This document shows positions 1 to 12,812 of a stretch of 64,000 nucleotides of DNA, in pieces. The notes beneath the pieces are model-generated. The model had not been told where the DNA came from. It saw only the letters and a program-made list of their open reading frames with translations, and ran no database searches. Source of the DNA: Octopus bimaculoides (lineage: Eukaryota); NCBI RefSeq assembly GCF_001194135.2, contig NC_068984.1, positions 76,419,012 through 76,483,011 of the forward strand, in the 5' to 3' direction. The position numbers and the translations under genes are program-made. The stretch's first letter is position 1. Each line of letters starts with the position of its first letter.

Positions 1-191
1 CGAGCGTGGCCGTTTTCGTGCGGGTGACACGTAAAAGCACCCACTACACTCTCTGAGTGGTTGGCGTTAGGAAGGGCATCCAGCTGTAGAAACTCTGCCA
101 AATTAGACTGGAGCCTGGTGTTGCCATCCAGTTTCACCAGTCCTCAGTCAAATCGTCCAACCCATGCTAGCATGGAAAGCGGACGTTAAAC

Positions 192-232
<41 letters not shown>
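1..232 (+). mobile_element. 3' end of a young RTE-type LINE with a long (GAT)n tail
   Basis: Reverse complement of the 3'UTR at 47557-47787 and 55182-55417, with about two substitutions seen. Ends GGACGTTAAAC(GAT)n. Confidence 0.85.
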
Positions 233-234
<2 letters not shown>

Positions 235-1160
235 TGCATATGTGTGAGTGTGTATGTGTGTGTGTGAGTGTGTATGTGTGTGTGTGAGAGAGAGAGAGAG
301 AGAGTGGGGGGAGAAACAAGTGACAGGACTAATCACAAGTTTACTGCATTTCTGATGGTGAGTGTAACAAAAAAACTATTTGCTGACAGACAGTATCACT
401 TGTTTCCACAGATTTAGCTGATTTATTTTGATATCAAAATCAAATGTTAACAAATTCTTCAAGAGAAGTTATCTGTTCATTTGCAGGCACCATTTTCTAT
501 TATATACAAAGTGGACTGGAAAAAACAAAAACAAAACAAAACAAAAAAACCCAACAAACAAACAAAGTTGGATTAATTCCATAACAATATTATTTTGTCT
601 CTGTGGCGCTTCATTGCCAACAATAGCAATAGCTTCTCATTTAGGCACAGGGCCAGTAATTTTTGAGGAAAAGAGGTTAGTTGATAACATTGATTTCAAT
701 ACTTGACTCGTATATTGTTTTATTGACTCCAGAAGGATGAAAAGCAGAGTTGACCTCTATGCTATAATTTGAACTCAAAGAGTTGTAACTAAATACAGCA
801 AGACCTTTTGTTGGAGGCTCTAACAGTTCTTTGGCAAAGTCTTTGAGTTCAGAGCAATTAAATACTGCAATATGTATGGTCTGGTGCTGAGAGCCTCAGC
901 CTGTTTGAAATAGTAGCTAAATCTTCATCAAATCATACTTTGTCTTAGAAAAAGAAGACAGACTAAATAACACAGTCTTACAGTACACTGAAAAAGATAA
1001 GATGGTTTAGAGCTGGGAAGTCTTCAATCATAGTTTTGCTCAACTATGGCTAACTTGAATGGTTAAATGACAACGCTGCTGCTGCCACTGCCAGTAAGAC
1101 ATTTTTATCCATATAAACAAGAAAAGAAAAACAAACAAAAATAGTAAACAGTCTACTGAC

Positions 1161-1340
1161 CTGCTTGTTCATAGTTTGCATAGCTCGTGTAACACCTTTC
1201 ATTGCTTGGGCCATGGCATTATTAGAGCGTAGTGTTTGGATTTTCAGTGAGACAGCTTGAATGTTGGCCTTCATTAAAATAAACTTCTTGACATATCGCC
1301 TCGTACGCACCAAATCTTTGGCCATAATTTTTACAGCATC
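1161..1340 (-). CDS. CHMP2A: CHMP2A second coding exon, DAVKIMAKDLVRTRRYVKKFILMKANIQAVSLKIQTLRSNNAMAQAMKGVTRAMQTMNKQ
   Basis: 180 nt, phase 0/0. Acceptor CCTTTAG ends at 1341, donor GTCAGT at 1160. Translation matches the CHMP2A Snf7 domain and joins in frame to 11546. Remaining exons lie left of the window. Confidence 0.97.
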
Positions 1341-2154
1341 CTAAAGGACCATAGATAAATAAACAGAAATAACAATGAATATAAAAAATTTAATTACCAA
1401 TGGTTACATTTCAAAAGCCTATGAGATTAATCTTGTTATATTTCTGTTGAAATACAGTCATTGTCTTAAGTACTTTTGAAAATAATGAAGAATTTATTAA
1501 AATAGCTGTCATTATTAAGTTGGTGTTTGGGACATAAATTAACGTGAAATTCTGACAGAAGGTTAGGGTTAGGGTTTGAATCACATTAAAACAAAGTTTA
1601 TATCATAGGCAGTCTGAGGCAAGTTGGTATCAAAAGGTTAATGACAAAAATAGATCGACAATATTTATTTTTCCCAATGCTTAATCCTTTTGAATTACAA
1701 CTTGTAGGAGTAGGTGTGGTTGTGTGGTTAAGAAGCTTACTTCCTAACCATGCAGTCTCAGGTTCAGCCCCACTGTGCAGCACCTCGAGCAAATGTCTTC
1801 TACTAAAGCCCTGGGCTGACCAAAGCCTTGTGAATGGTAGACAGAAACTGAAAGAAGTGTGTGTGCATGCGCTTGTCTTGATCACACAAGAGATGTTGTT
1901 TGTTACCAGTTTGCCATGAAAATCACATCTGGCCATGGGGAAATGGGATGTGCATTCTAACCTTGCAAAACCCCTCACCAACCCACGGGTTGGCGGATTG
2001 TCACCTGAGTGGTGCAAAGGTATCATCTGCCAGGAATAAGGAATCACCAACAAATGGGGGATGCAGTGGCATGTTATAGCACATACCCTCACACTACTAC
2101 TCATTTCACTCATCACATTTTATCAAAAGACTAAGTTACTATTTTTCCTATTAA

Positions 2155-2375
2155 TCCTTTTAGCATTCACATTTCAGTCAAATGTAATGCTTACTTATTC
2201 ACACTGTTGTGAATTAGTCTTGAATTATCTCATGATTTTGAGATTTTGATGATGCGACTGTTTATTTTTAGAATGACATTGTAGGGTAGGCATGATAGGC
2301 TAGATCTGACTGGTCTAAACATAAAACAGGTTTTGAATATTTGGGCCAGATATGGTCAATTTAAATGCTAAAGGG
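2155..2375 (+). mobile_element. piggyBac-like MITE family 1
   Basis: TTAA on both sides (2151-2154, 2376-2379) and imperfect TIRs TCCTTTTAGCATT / AATGCTAAAGGG. Confidence 0.7.
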
Positions 2376-3801
2376 TTAAGAGACAACAACAGTTTCATTA
2401 GCAAACTGACTCAGATACAAACATATACATCTATCTACTTTACATACACATTCACACAAGCAATGAACTTTCATACAATTTCTATCCACCAAAATTCCCT
2501 CACAAGACATCGGTCAACTCAAAGCTACAGTATAAGACATTTACCCAAGGTGCCACATAGTGAGATTGAACTCAGATCTATGTGGCTACAAGGAAAAAAA
2601 AAAAAATTAACCATAGAGTCATGCATCATCCATTTACATACATCACACGTCTATAATTACTTTTCTCCTACACATTGTCAAATATTGCTAACTCCAAGCC
2701 ACTTTCACATCTTATATTATCTTAGAGCTTCTATGTAAAATATCATTACACATCCAACATACAATTTTCAGCTAATATACCTCCAACTGAGGTGTGTTTC
2801 CAATGTTCAATGCTCATGTTTCACACACACACACACACGTTTTATACAGCTTGTTATTTTTAACAATGAAAGAAAAGTTCTGTGTTATGGTTGCTGTTAT
2901 TTTCCACCCCTGACAGCTCTGATCAACCAGACCCAAGTTCAAAGAGATTCCAACCAAAACTATTTAACCCTTTTATTCAAATGTACTGTAGCTATGATTA
3001 ATTCATATATCCTAACATTTAATAAGACAGCAGGATGTGAATTTGACTGCTATTTTGAGCAACCACAAACTCTCCCTCATTAGCTTGTGTCAGGTAAATA
3101 GCCTCAGCACTTTATTAAATTGTGTTCTTATCTTTGCTACTGCATTTTTTTTTAAAGATTGTAATTTCCCAAGTGGGAACTGAAACTTTTGGTTTGTGCA
3201 GTGAGAATATAGAATTAAAACCAACTCACCATTTGGGAAATAGGTTTTCTTTCATAATTCTAATACTTAGTTAAATTCAGTATTCTAGAACAGGGTTAAG
3301 AAGTGGATGCAAATGCAAATTAATGTATGTGTAGAATAATATGATGTGAATATATGCATCAAGTGCTTAGATGTAACTCTCATGATGTACCTAAGTATGC
3401 GTGTGTGTTTACACATAAGCTTACATAGGTTTTATGTAACTGTCATAACAAAAATATTTTTCATGTAAATGTACGCATGCGTTAGTGTACATGACTGTGT
3501 GTGTGTGTGCATGTATGTGGTTAACCAAACTGATTTCAGTTTTTTTTTAATTTAAAAGTATTTTAATTGTCCAAGAAGAATTTTACTTGCAGTACACAAC
3601 ATACGCATTAGTGAATGAATGCAAGTATTTTACTCCTTTACTAGTTTTAGTCATTAGACAATGGCCATGTTAGAGTACTGTCTTCAGTGGTGTTAGTTAA
3701 TCATATCAACCCTGATATACAAGGGCATGCAACTCAACACAAGTCATGAACAAGAAGTTTGGTAGGCCACAACTAGTTTCTTTGTCATTGTGTGTGTATG
3801 C

Positions 3802-3832
<31 letters not shown>

Positions 3833-4307
3833 TAAGGCATTGTAAGACTAATAACCTGGTGTAGAACTCAATACATATATGCTTCAGAATGAAGCATTAG
3901 TTGAGTACAGAGTGGTAATAAGAAAATGAGATGACAAAGGAATAAACAATTATCTTATGAACTTCATAAACTTACAGCTGTTTCTGCTATAAGAAACCTT
4001 TCCTCCCATTACCCATGTTGTGTCTAACCCAATCCTGTCCCCCAGGATTTATACTAATCATTACATTGAGTCCTGTCCCAGAAATTTGGCCTCTGAAATT
4101 CCTTCCCTGGTCATATCTTTCCTGCAGGTATTGACTTATAAAGGTCCAAAAAAGAATATTAATGGTACTAATGCATAAATCTCACCAGTGTAGGAGGGTC
4201 TGTAAAGGACATGGGCAATTGCCCTTTACTCTAGCCCCAGCAAGAACAGAAAAACTTCACAAAATACTTTGTGACGCAAGTTAGGAATCCTTGGGTAAAT
4301 GTTTTAA

Positions 4308-4554
4308 CCTTTTAGCATTTAAATAGGTCATATCTGGCCCTAATATTCTAGCTGTTTTTTGTTGAAACTGACCAGATGCAACCTATCACATTTACCCTAC
4401 ATTTAATCTAATGTTACATTTAATCTAAATGTTAATCTAAAAATAAACAATGACATCTTCAAAATCTTGAACTTACAAGATAATGCATGATTAATTCAAA
4501 ATAAAGTGAATAAATAAGTGTTATATTTGACAGAGTAATCTGAATGTTAATGGG
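4308..4554 (-). mobile_element. piggyBac-like MITE family 1, opposite orientation to 2155-2375
   Basis: TTAA at 4304-4307 and 4555-4558. Internal sequence is the reverse complement of 2155-2375. Confidence 0.7.
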
Positions 4555-4619
4555 TTAATCAATTGTCATTTAATAACTGATCCAAAAACAAGAAACAGTA
4601 CGAAAATTAAACATCAGAA

Positions 4620-5240
4620 ATGGAGCAAATCAGCTATTTGGAATTGAAAAGGAAATTAGAGCAACAAGCAATACAAGGATTAACAAAAGGTGGTGAAGAA
4701 GCAAATATAATTCAAGAAAAAGTATTATAAAATGCTTCAATATCTGCTAAAGCAAAGAATAAGTACTTTAAATATGAAACTAAAGATAAATATAGCAACC
4801 TACTAAATGAAGCAAATGTAGTAGCTGATAGATGGCAAGAGTATTTTGAAGAAATTCAGTCACAAAGCAAGGGTAGTTAGCAATGTGTTAAAACAATCAA
4901 GAAATGAAAGCTCCTTTAATATTCAGCAAGAGCTAAAATGCACTTCAGAAGTTACAGCAGCAATAAATCCCCTGGAATGCAATAAATCCCCTAGAATAGA
5001 CAACATAAATTGCAGAACTGTTGAAGCATGGAAGTGAATGTGTCACCGAAATTTTTTGTAAAATTTGTATAGTTTTCTGTACTGTAGAATGGTAAAGTAA
5101 ATGGATTAAATTGTTATAGCATGGCTAATGAAAGGAAATGCTAAGTGTGAAAATAATTGCATAATTAGTTTAATTGTATAATTAGTTTAATTAGCCATTC
5201 AAGCAAAGTTATGCTCTATGTTTTAATTGTGAGAATGAAA
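4620..5240 (+). mobile_element. Decayed RTE/BovB-like LINE, region upstream of and entering RT
   Basis: Frameshifted translation gives DRWQEYF, NKSPRIDNI..ELLKHG, KGNAKCEN and ISLISHSSKVML, typical of RTE-clade ORFs. Confidence 0.7.
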
Positions 5241-5926
5241 TAATAATAATGATTGATATATGTTTGTTTTTACATTCATTTTTTCACGCTGGCATGGAAA
5301 AATAAATAAAATATGCTGCAGTAGATTTTCTACAGCTGGATGCTTTTTCTGACACACACCAGTTGAGCAATGGGGTTGAATGTAATTGACTTACCCTTCC
5401 CCTAAAATTGCTGGCTCTGACACTAGAAATCTAAGATTTATTACTGGCAGTTTCATACTTATCCTAATTTAGAGATTAGTGTAACTGGTTTTGTATAAAT
5501 AAAATACAATATAAGAGCTGATCTGTTAGTTCTAAGATAGAAAAAAAAGCCTTGAACCAAATGTCCTATTCAAACATTGTTATTCAGTGAAATAAGGTTG
5601 ATTTCCAGGAAAGAAGAAACATTCAAGTTAATATGTAAATGCTAATTTGTTATGTGCAACTGAAGAAGTTTAAAATAGCAATCTGTGTATCATACTGATT
5701 ACATATACATCTTGGAAAGCCAAATTTTTATTGAGCTGGCCAACTAATTGCACCATAAGTGATATTTCAACTACTGTTTCCCAATGTCACTGACAATGGA
5801 TTTTGTCTTTGCATGCAGTTGCTTCTAGACAAAACTCCAAAAAGGCAAAAATGTGCATCCACTGCTGTTGGATTTTTGTTTACTACTGATATATTTATGT
5901 GTTTTCCTTTTTTTTTTAAATACTGT

Positions 5927-6210
5927 GAGATCGAGATCGTTGCCAGTGCCGCTGGACTGGCTCCTGTGCAGGTGGCACGTAAAATACACCACTTTGAGCA
6001 TGGCCGTTGCCAGTACTGCCTGACTTGCCTTCGTGCCGGTGGCATGTAAAAGCACCTACTACACTCTCGGAGTGGTTGGCGTTAGGAAGGGCATGCAGCT
6101 GTAGAAACTCTGCCAAATCAGATTGGAGCCTGGTGTAGCCATCTGGTTCATGAGTCCTCAGTCAAATCATCCAACCCATGGAAAGCCGACGTTAAACGAT
6201 GATGATGATG
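5927..6210 (+). mobile_element. RTE 3'UTR fragment with tandem modules and (GAT)n tail
   Basis: Shares GATCGTTGCCAGTGCC...GGCACGTAAAA...GGAAGGGCAT...GTTAAACGATGATG with the RTE 3'UTR at 47557-47990. Confidence 0.8.
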
Positions 6211-6329
6211 TATGTTTATAAGAGATGCTATTTCAGGAAGAATAGTGCAGTTAATTTGGCTTTCTGTGATGTGTCTGCATTAAGTGTTAACTATGGTACA
6301 CAGATTATGCTTGTAAGTATTAATATCTA

Positions 6330-6700
6330 AGCAGTGAAATACTTGGAACATTAGTCAGACCTTTACACCTACATCACTGACTTATAAGAAAATACAACAT
6401 CAGATGACCAAATTTATTTAATCATAAGGTAATTTTTTAGGTGGGAAATTCATTATGTGGTTTGAAAGAGTAGATGCCAGAAAAAGTAGAACTCTCTCAC
6501 CAAACCTTTTCAAAGTATTTTTATAATGCATAATGATATAGAGGCCTGTGAATGTTTTGAAGGAAATGCTAAGGTAGGAGGAAGAGATGTGTTGGAACAG
6601 AAAGAGGAATTCAGAGATCTAACAAGATGTCTTGATAAAGCTGCAGGGTATAGACGGTCTGACGATGGCTTAGCTGGCCAAAACTGCAAAGTCACTGTCA
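6330..6700 (+). mobile_element. Probable continuation of the same decayed LINE RT domain
   Basis: LSPNLF-like and KVGGRDV segments precede an eroded catalytic motif. Same strand as 4620-5240, separated from it by later insertions. Confidence 0.5.
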
Positions 6701-6727
6701 ACAATATTGTATAAAAATTAAAAAAAT

Positions 6728-6910
6728 ATCTATAATATAAATTGAAGTTGGTCGACCGTTGTATTCTTTCTTGCCTTGAGGTTCATGGCCAAACGGCTGA
6801 GTGGATTCGCGTGAAAAATGGCACACATGTGGTGACGGGTGCATAGATTGGAACGCACTTTCTATTTTTTTCCTAGCCCCCACACTTACAGAGAAAATCG
6901 ATTAAAACAA
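6728..6910 (+). mobile_element. Possible non-autonomous Helitron/Helentron-type 5' fragment
   Basis: Begins TCTATAATATAAA and contains ACGGCTGAGTGGATT...AAATGGCACACATGT, a pattern seen in HINE/DINE-like elements. No 3' end recognised. Confidence 0.35.
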
Positions 6911-8937
6911 CCTGCGTGCGTGTGTGTATGTGAGTGTGTGTCACTGAAGCCATTCATAATAAATAAATAAACTGAATGATAAATTTCATTTATCTCTCTC
7001 TCTCTTCTTTCTTTCTCTTTGTTTCTCTTCTTTCTTTCTCTCTCTCTCTCATATATACATACACCATCAACATTACTCTCTCTGTTGCACACACCCCATC
7101 AAACATACACACTCACACACACAGGCATACACACGCACATCAATTCTCCCCTCTCACCACAACTTCAAAAGAAGTTCAGTCATAAAACTGAAGTCACAAT
7201 GAAAACTGTACAACTTACAAAGTATTTAACATTCTGTACATGTAATAGTAGTTGAATGAGAGAAGGCAGTGAAGAGAGAGAGAGGGGGGCAATGTATGAT
7301 GGAGCTGGTGCAATTACATGCAAGAAATAATAGAAAAAAACAAAAAACAACTGGTGGGAACTGAATCCACATCACCCAGAAGTCATAGGTTTAAACCCCA
7401 GTAGCTATGATGTTACTTGTCTTCATTGACATTTGGCTTAAAATATGTAGCTAAATTTGTGCTGATATATTTAATAAATATTGGGCCCAGTGTATTTATT
7501 TGACCAGGGAATGGGGGCAGTAATGCTGCTAAAACAGTACTGCGTTATTGAAGGCTATATATTCTGCAAAGCATCTAACCTTCTGTATATGTATATTAGC
7601 AGAGCATGAAACACTTGAGAGAAATATATCCATCCTTCTTTCCCCTGTCTTCTCTTCCCACTACAAGTATTGCAGTTCCTCCTGCTGCTGTTTCCACTGC
7701 CACCACCAATTTATGAGTACGTTTGGCACGAAGTAGAGATCCTCTGGCTTCTTTTGTTATAACATCAGGTCTCTTAGAGAAGTCTGTTGAACTAACCTTC
7801 CTAACATAGGTAATTTTAGCTTATAGGATTTCAGTAGACTTTAATTACTCTTTACTACTATTAGCTAATAGCCTGATACGATTTCTGGGGATAAGCTGAC
7901 AGATTCTTCAAGAAGGTTATTACTTATTTACACACGCACACACATACTAAATTCAAGTGTGTGGTGTGTACATGTACATGCATGTGGAAGGGGGCCAGGG
8001 TAGTGAGGTTATATATACTGGCACAGCCTAATCACCCTAATCCTTAATGTTAAAAGAAGTCATGGTTTGGTTCCAAAGGGAGACTATTCTAAAATTTGAT
8101 CACAGGCTTTTTTTTTTTCCCCACAGAGTCAAAAATACATTTACTCTTTTAGTCCTGAGATTGAGCTTCAGACAGGCATCGCTTCCGTTTTATAGTTTGA
8201 GGATACTGAAAATTGCAGCAGGAAGAACAACAACCGTCTATAAATATCCTAGCTTCCTCATTTTATATGCAAATGTCTCAGTTTTGCAGTGCATTCTACC
8301 TACAGAAGACTGAAAGAAGGCAGGAGTGATGTAAGCATTAAAACAAATTATCACACATGAGTGCACGCGCATGCACACACACATACACACACACACCGAC
8401 AGAGATTAACATACAATGATGTTTTATTGTTTATGTACATCACATTTTAGAAATTATATAAACAGAAACACACAAATACACAAACAAAAACAAGGAATAT
8501 ACACGAATATTCTCTCTCTCTCACACACTCAAACACACACATAAATGTATACATATACAAATATAATTTCTAGTTTTCATGTAAAACATGGTGTAAGCAG
8601 TGACCCAATTTCTTTCAGTCACTGCCAAATTAGCTTCATATAGAGGTATAGCAATGCATATGATATATTAAAGTACATAACACTGTGTGTTCGAAAGAAT
8701 CATGCCTCACAAGCATCAGCAAAAAAAAAAAAGTACATAGGCAGAGTGCCACATAAATTAAATTTGTAGTGGCATATTAGCATATGGCTCAGATCAGTAT
8801 TACTGCTTTGTAAGTGACCCATCTAAAAACAATTAGCCTTGAGATTCCTGTTACATCAGTGTTCTGTGATTTGTGAAGAAGTAGTTAGAGTTCAGAAGTG
8901 CCGCCAGCAACCAGTTTAACAAGCAGGCATCTAAGTA

Positions 8938-9155
8938 TGAGGGGGTGCTGAAAAGTTCCTGGCTTTAAGGAGTATTGCAAAAGGCCTGGTTGGAGGCCCA
9001 CCATTCCGAGTTCTTTTACAAGGCTTAGAAAAACTGAAGGCCCGCTGCAATAAGTGTGTGAATCTGATAGGGGAATATGTTGCATAAAATCATAATTAAC
9101 TGATCCTCCTGTATTTTCTTTTATCCAAAACCAGAAACTTTTCAGCACAGCCTTG
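8938..9155 (+). mobile_element. Mariner-derived MITE (218 bp)
   Basis: TA at both ends (8936-8937, 9156-9157). TIRs TGAGGGGGTGCTGAAAAGTTCCTGG / CCAGAAACTTTTCAGCACAGCCTTG. Interior retains a degraded remnant of the mariner transposase C-terminus (consensus-like LEKLK.RCNKCVNL.GEYV). Confidence 0.8.
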
Positions 9156-10129
9156 TAGTTAGATGCCAGCTAGAAACAGCAGCCAAGCCCATATCATATC
9201 ATATTACATCCTACTGTCTTGACCAGCAATGGGACAAACTGGATGTGGTCCTAGTTAAGCAATGCCCGAGAAAAGGACAAGATGGCTGCAGGGTTGCCAG
9301 ATTGGACAACAAATACCAGAGTTTGCTACAATTCAGGACTGCAAGCTACTATTTTTTAAAATTTGTACTACTTGTTATTTTACAATTTTATTGTTTAAAG
9401 GGAAGAATTCTATTGAATATCCTATTAAATTATTAATTAAGTAAATTAGAACTGACTTGCAGGCATCTATATATTTCAATTTAGTAACAAAATGTTTATT
9501 TTGGACTCCTTTCTGACACAAAGTGCTAGTGTTTTAAGAAATTGATCCAGCAGCCCTGGAAGATCATAACTGGAATGCTTTTTATCATAAGTCTGTTCAA
9601 TCAAGACTCATCTGTGGTTCAGTAATGATGTGTAATATTTAAAAGTACTTTGCATATAATTGGATAGAACATTAAATTTCTTTATAAACATTTACAAATA
9701 AGAGTCAATTATAAAAACATAGCAGTTATTCTACATCATCATCACCATTTTAATGCCCACTTTTCGATACTTGCATGGAATTTGCTGATGGTAGAATTTC
9801 TATAGCTGCTTGCCTTACCTGTTGTCAACCCTCCGTTTCTAAGCAAGATAATATTTCTCCATGGTCAAACATATTGGAAATGAAGGACACTCCTTGTGTG
9901 ACAACGACACTCATTTACAACAATCATATGAAGTTACAGCAAGGAGATAGTAACACACACACACACACACACACAGGTAGGATGGTTGATAGGAGCCAGC
10001 TAGATAGAAAATCTACCCAAAGCTACTGTGTCTGTTTTGGCAGGGATTTTATAGTTGGATGTCCTTCCTAATACCAACCACTCTACAGAGTGAACTCAGA
10101 GCTTTTTATGTTGTACTAGCATTGACAAA

Positions 10130-10380
10130 TTGGGCATAAGAGGAATCAGATGTAGTGGTCCAGAGAGAAGACTTTGCTGGTATGGACACATGATGTATAT
10201 GAATGATGACAGCTGTATAAAGAAGTGCTGATCACATAAGGTAGAGGGAACTTGAGGGAAGAAACCCAGAAAAACATGGGGTGAATAGTGAAGATTAATC
10301 TCAAGATGTTGAGTCTCACAGTGGAGATGACAGAGGACTCAGATGGTTGGTGTTTTACTGTCCTCAAGAAGACCAGTCTT
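10130..10380 (+). mobile_element. Decayed RTE ORF C-terminal fragment
   Basis: Translates to GIRGIRCS..ERRLCWYGHMM.MNDDSCIKKC..KVEGT..PRKTW, homologous to the ORF at 47983-48258. Confidence 0.75.
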
Positions 10381-10963
10381 TCATAGTGGAAATGGGATCC
10401 TAAAGGCAACAGCCACCTTTGCTTACACCTACATACTTACTAGGTCCTTCTGTTGCATCCAATCTGTCCCTATCAAGCTTTCCCCACCTTTCACCTTCTT
10501 AACACTCACTGCTGACATGCAAGGCAGTCAACCCTGCTCCCTTTCTCAGCTGCTGTAATCAAGCTGGAGGACAACTGAAGATGTGGCTGGCAATGATAAA
10601 GGTGGACATGGAAGCACAATTTGGCCCTTGTGTCTATGGTCTTCAGCAGTGGAACCAGGAGTGGGTGTCCATTATAACCTCGACTGTTGGATGTAGTCAG
10701 CATTTGTGAGGGTCATGGTGAACTTGTGGGCCAGAGCTGGCTCAACTCACCCTGGGTGAATGCTGCCACAAGTACAAGTAACACCTACCTCGCTGTCAAT
10801 ATTATAACAATGGCACTATTCAATTGCTGCAATTACACGAGAGCCGAATCTGCACACATTTCATCCCCTTTGTGCCAGTAGTTACGTCTCCCTCTCTTTG
10901 GAACCATTTCCTTTAACAATCCATCCTCATTCTCAATATCATTCTTTGTTACTCTTTTTATGT

Positions 10964-11344
10964 GGAGGTGCAATGGCCCAGTGGTTAGGGCAGTGGACTC
11001 GCGGTCATAGGATCGCGGTTTCGATTCCCAGACCGGGCGTTGTGAGTGTTTATTGAGCGAAAACACCTAAAGCTCCACAAGGCTCCGGCAGGGGATGGTG
11101 GTGAACCCTGCTGTACTCTTCCACCACAACTTTCTCTCACTCTTACTTCCTGTTTCTGTTGTGCCTGTAATTCAAAGGGCCAGCCTTGTCACACTGTGTC
11201 ACGCTGAATATCCCCGAGAACTATGTTAAGGGTACACGTGTCTGAGGAGTGCTCAGCTACTTGCACGTTAATTTCACGAGCAGGCTGTTCCGTTGATCGG
11301 ATCAACTGGAACCCTCGACGTTGTAAGCGACGGAATGCCAACAA
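10964..11344 (+). mobile_element. Full-length tRNA-derived SINE (381 bp) with a 13-bp TSD
   Basis: A-box TGGCCCAGTGG, B-box GGTTTCGATTCC, 3' end GCCAACAA. Exact TSD ACTCTTTTTATGT at 10951-10963 and 11345-11357. Confidence 0.9.
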
Positions 11345-11375
11345 ACTCTTTTTATGTATATATATATATGTATAA

Positions 11376-11447
<72 letters not shown>

Positions 11448-11545
11448 TATATTATATATATATAAGTGAATGGAGGAATGAATTCAGAACATGAAGAGCT
11501 GGAATAGTAGTAGTTATAATAATAATAATAATAATAATTCCAAAC

Positions 11546-11713
11546 CATTTGTCCTTCTTTCGCCATTTTCTTTATGTTATTTATAATCTTTTTCTCATCA
11601 GCTTCCATTTTATTTCTTTCTCGGTCCAAATCTCGCATGGCTCTGTTTAAAGCACGTTGATTCTGACGCAGCATCTGCTCTGGCGTCTTCTTGTGACCAA
11701 ACAGCCAATCCAT
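11546..11713 (-). CDS. CHMP2A: CHMP2A (ESCRT-III, Vps2) first coding exon, MDWLFGHKKTPEQMLRQNQRALNRAMRDLDRERNKMEADEKKIINNIKKMAKEGQM
   Basis: 56 codons closely matching the CHMP2A N-terminus (human MDLLFGRRKTPEELLRQNQRALNRAMRELDRER...KKMAKQGQM). Phase-0 donor GTTTGG at 11545. Acceptor TTTTAG ends at 11747, giving about 33 nt of 5'UTR (exon about 11546-11746). Confidence 0.97.
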
Positions 11714-12405
11714 GCTTATAATATTAAAGCAAACAAAATGGAACCTCTAAAATAAACCAAAAAAAAAAAAAAAAAAAAAATTCTTGTAGTGAACTTTTTC
11801 TCAAATAACAAAAATAATTTTAGATATTTAAAGTGAAACTATCAAACAGGAAGCAAAAACTTTAAAAAATAAGGTTTAATCAGAGGGAAAAAAGGCACAC
11901 TTGTGACATATTAGAGGGGCTTTGAAGGCTAGTGCATGAAAAGGAAGAAATAATGACTTGTGTACTGCTGTGGGTAGGCAGAGTACATCAAGATATTGAA
12001 TTATCCATATATTGAAAATCTGGTTTCAATGCCTGCTAAGAATATCAAAGTGAAGGTGGCGGTTTTAAACTACATGACAGATTAAGTTCACTACTTAAGA
12101 ACATGTAGAATTCAAGAGGCTTCCATACAGTTTCTGTTTACCCAATTTTGTTAACAATACTTGAGTAGATTTAAAGCTATTGGATTGAATATGGAACTAC
12201 TATACTCTTAGATGGCAGAAACAAGTAAAAGAACTTTCAGCATTTGTCATGCCTTGTAAGTGACTTGATCTGAGGCCATGCTATTACATCATAGTAAAGC
12301 CATTTAATCACCGAAAGTCACACAAAAAATGGTTTGTTGCTGACACTTTTTACACTGTAACTGTTTGAAACTTAGTAATGGGTGATTTCTTATAGATCTG
12401 TTTAA

Positions 12406-12812
12406 CTCTTTAGCATTCAGATTATTGTCAAATGTGATACTTATTTATTCACATTGTTTTGAATTAATCATGCATTTCTCACTGCTTCAAGATTTTGATG
12501 TGATTGTTTATTTTTAGAATATCATTATAGGGTAAGTGTGAGAGGCCAGATATGTCCAGTTTGAACATAAAAATAGGTTGAATATTGGGGCTGGACATCA
12601 TCATCATCGTCATTTAATGTCCGCTTCCCATGCTGGCATGGGTTGGATGGTTTGACTGAGGATTGGCAAGCCAGAAGGCTGTACCAGGCTCCAGAACAGA
12701 TGTTCTGGCAAAGTTTCTACAGCTGGATGCCCTTCCTAATGCCAACCACTCCAAGAGTGTAGTGGGTGCTTTTTACATGCCACTGGTATGGACAGTTTAA
12801 ATACTTAAAAGC
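12406..12812 (+). mobile_element. piggyBac-like MITE family 1 interrupted by a (GAT)n-tailed RTE-derived element (about 12596-12790, minus)
   Basis: Starts TTAA|CTCTTTAGCATT and ends TAAAAGC|TTAA. The MITE breaks after AATATTGGGGCTGG and resumes at TATGGACAGTTTAAAT. Confidence 0.7.

Noticed and set aside
148-336. Poly-His / His-Thr ORF on the minus strand
   Set aside because: It is the translation of the (GAT)n LINE tail and (GT)n/(GA)n microsatellites.
1563-1574. Interstitial telomeric repeat (TTAGGG)2
   Set aside because: Only two units, at the edge of a decayed MITE; not significant.
10964-11040. tRNA gene
   Set aside because: It has A and B boxes but no proper acceptor stem or cloverleaf, and continues into a SINE body with a TSD.
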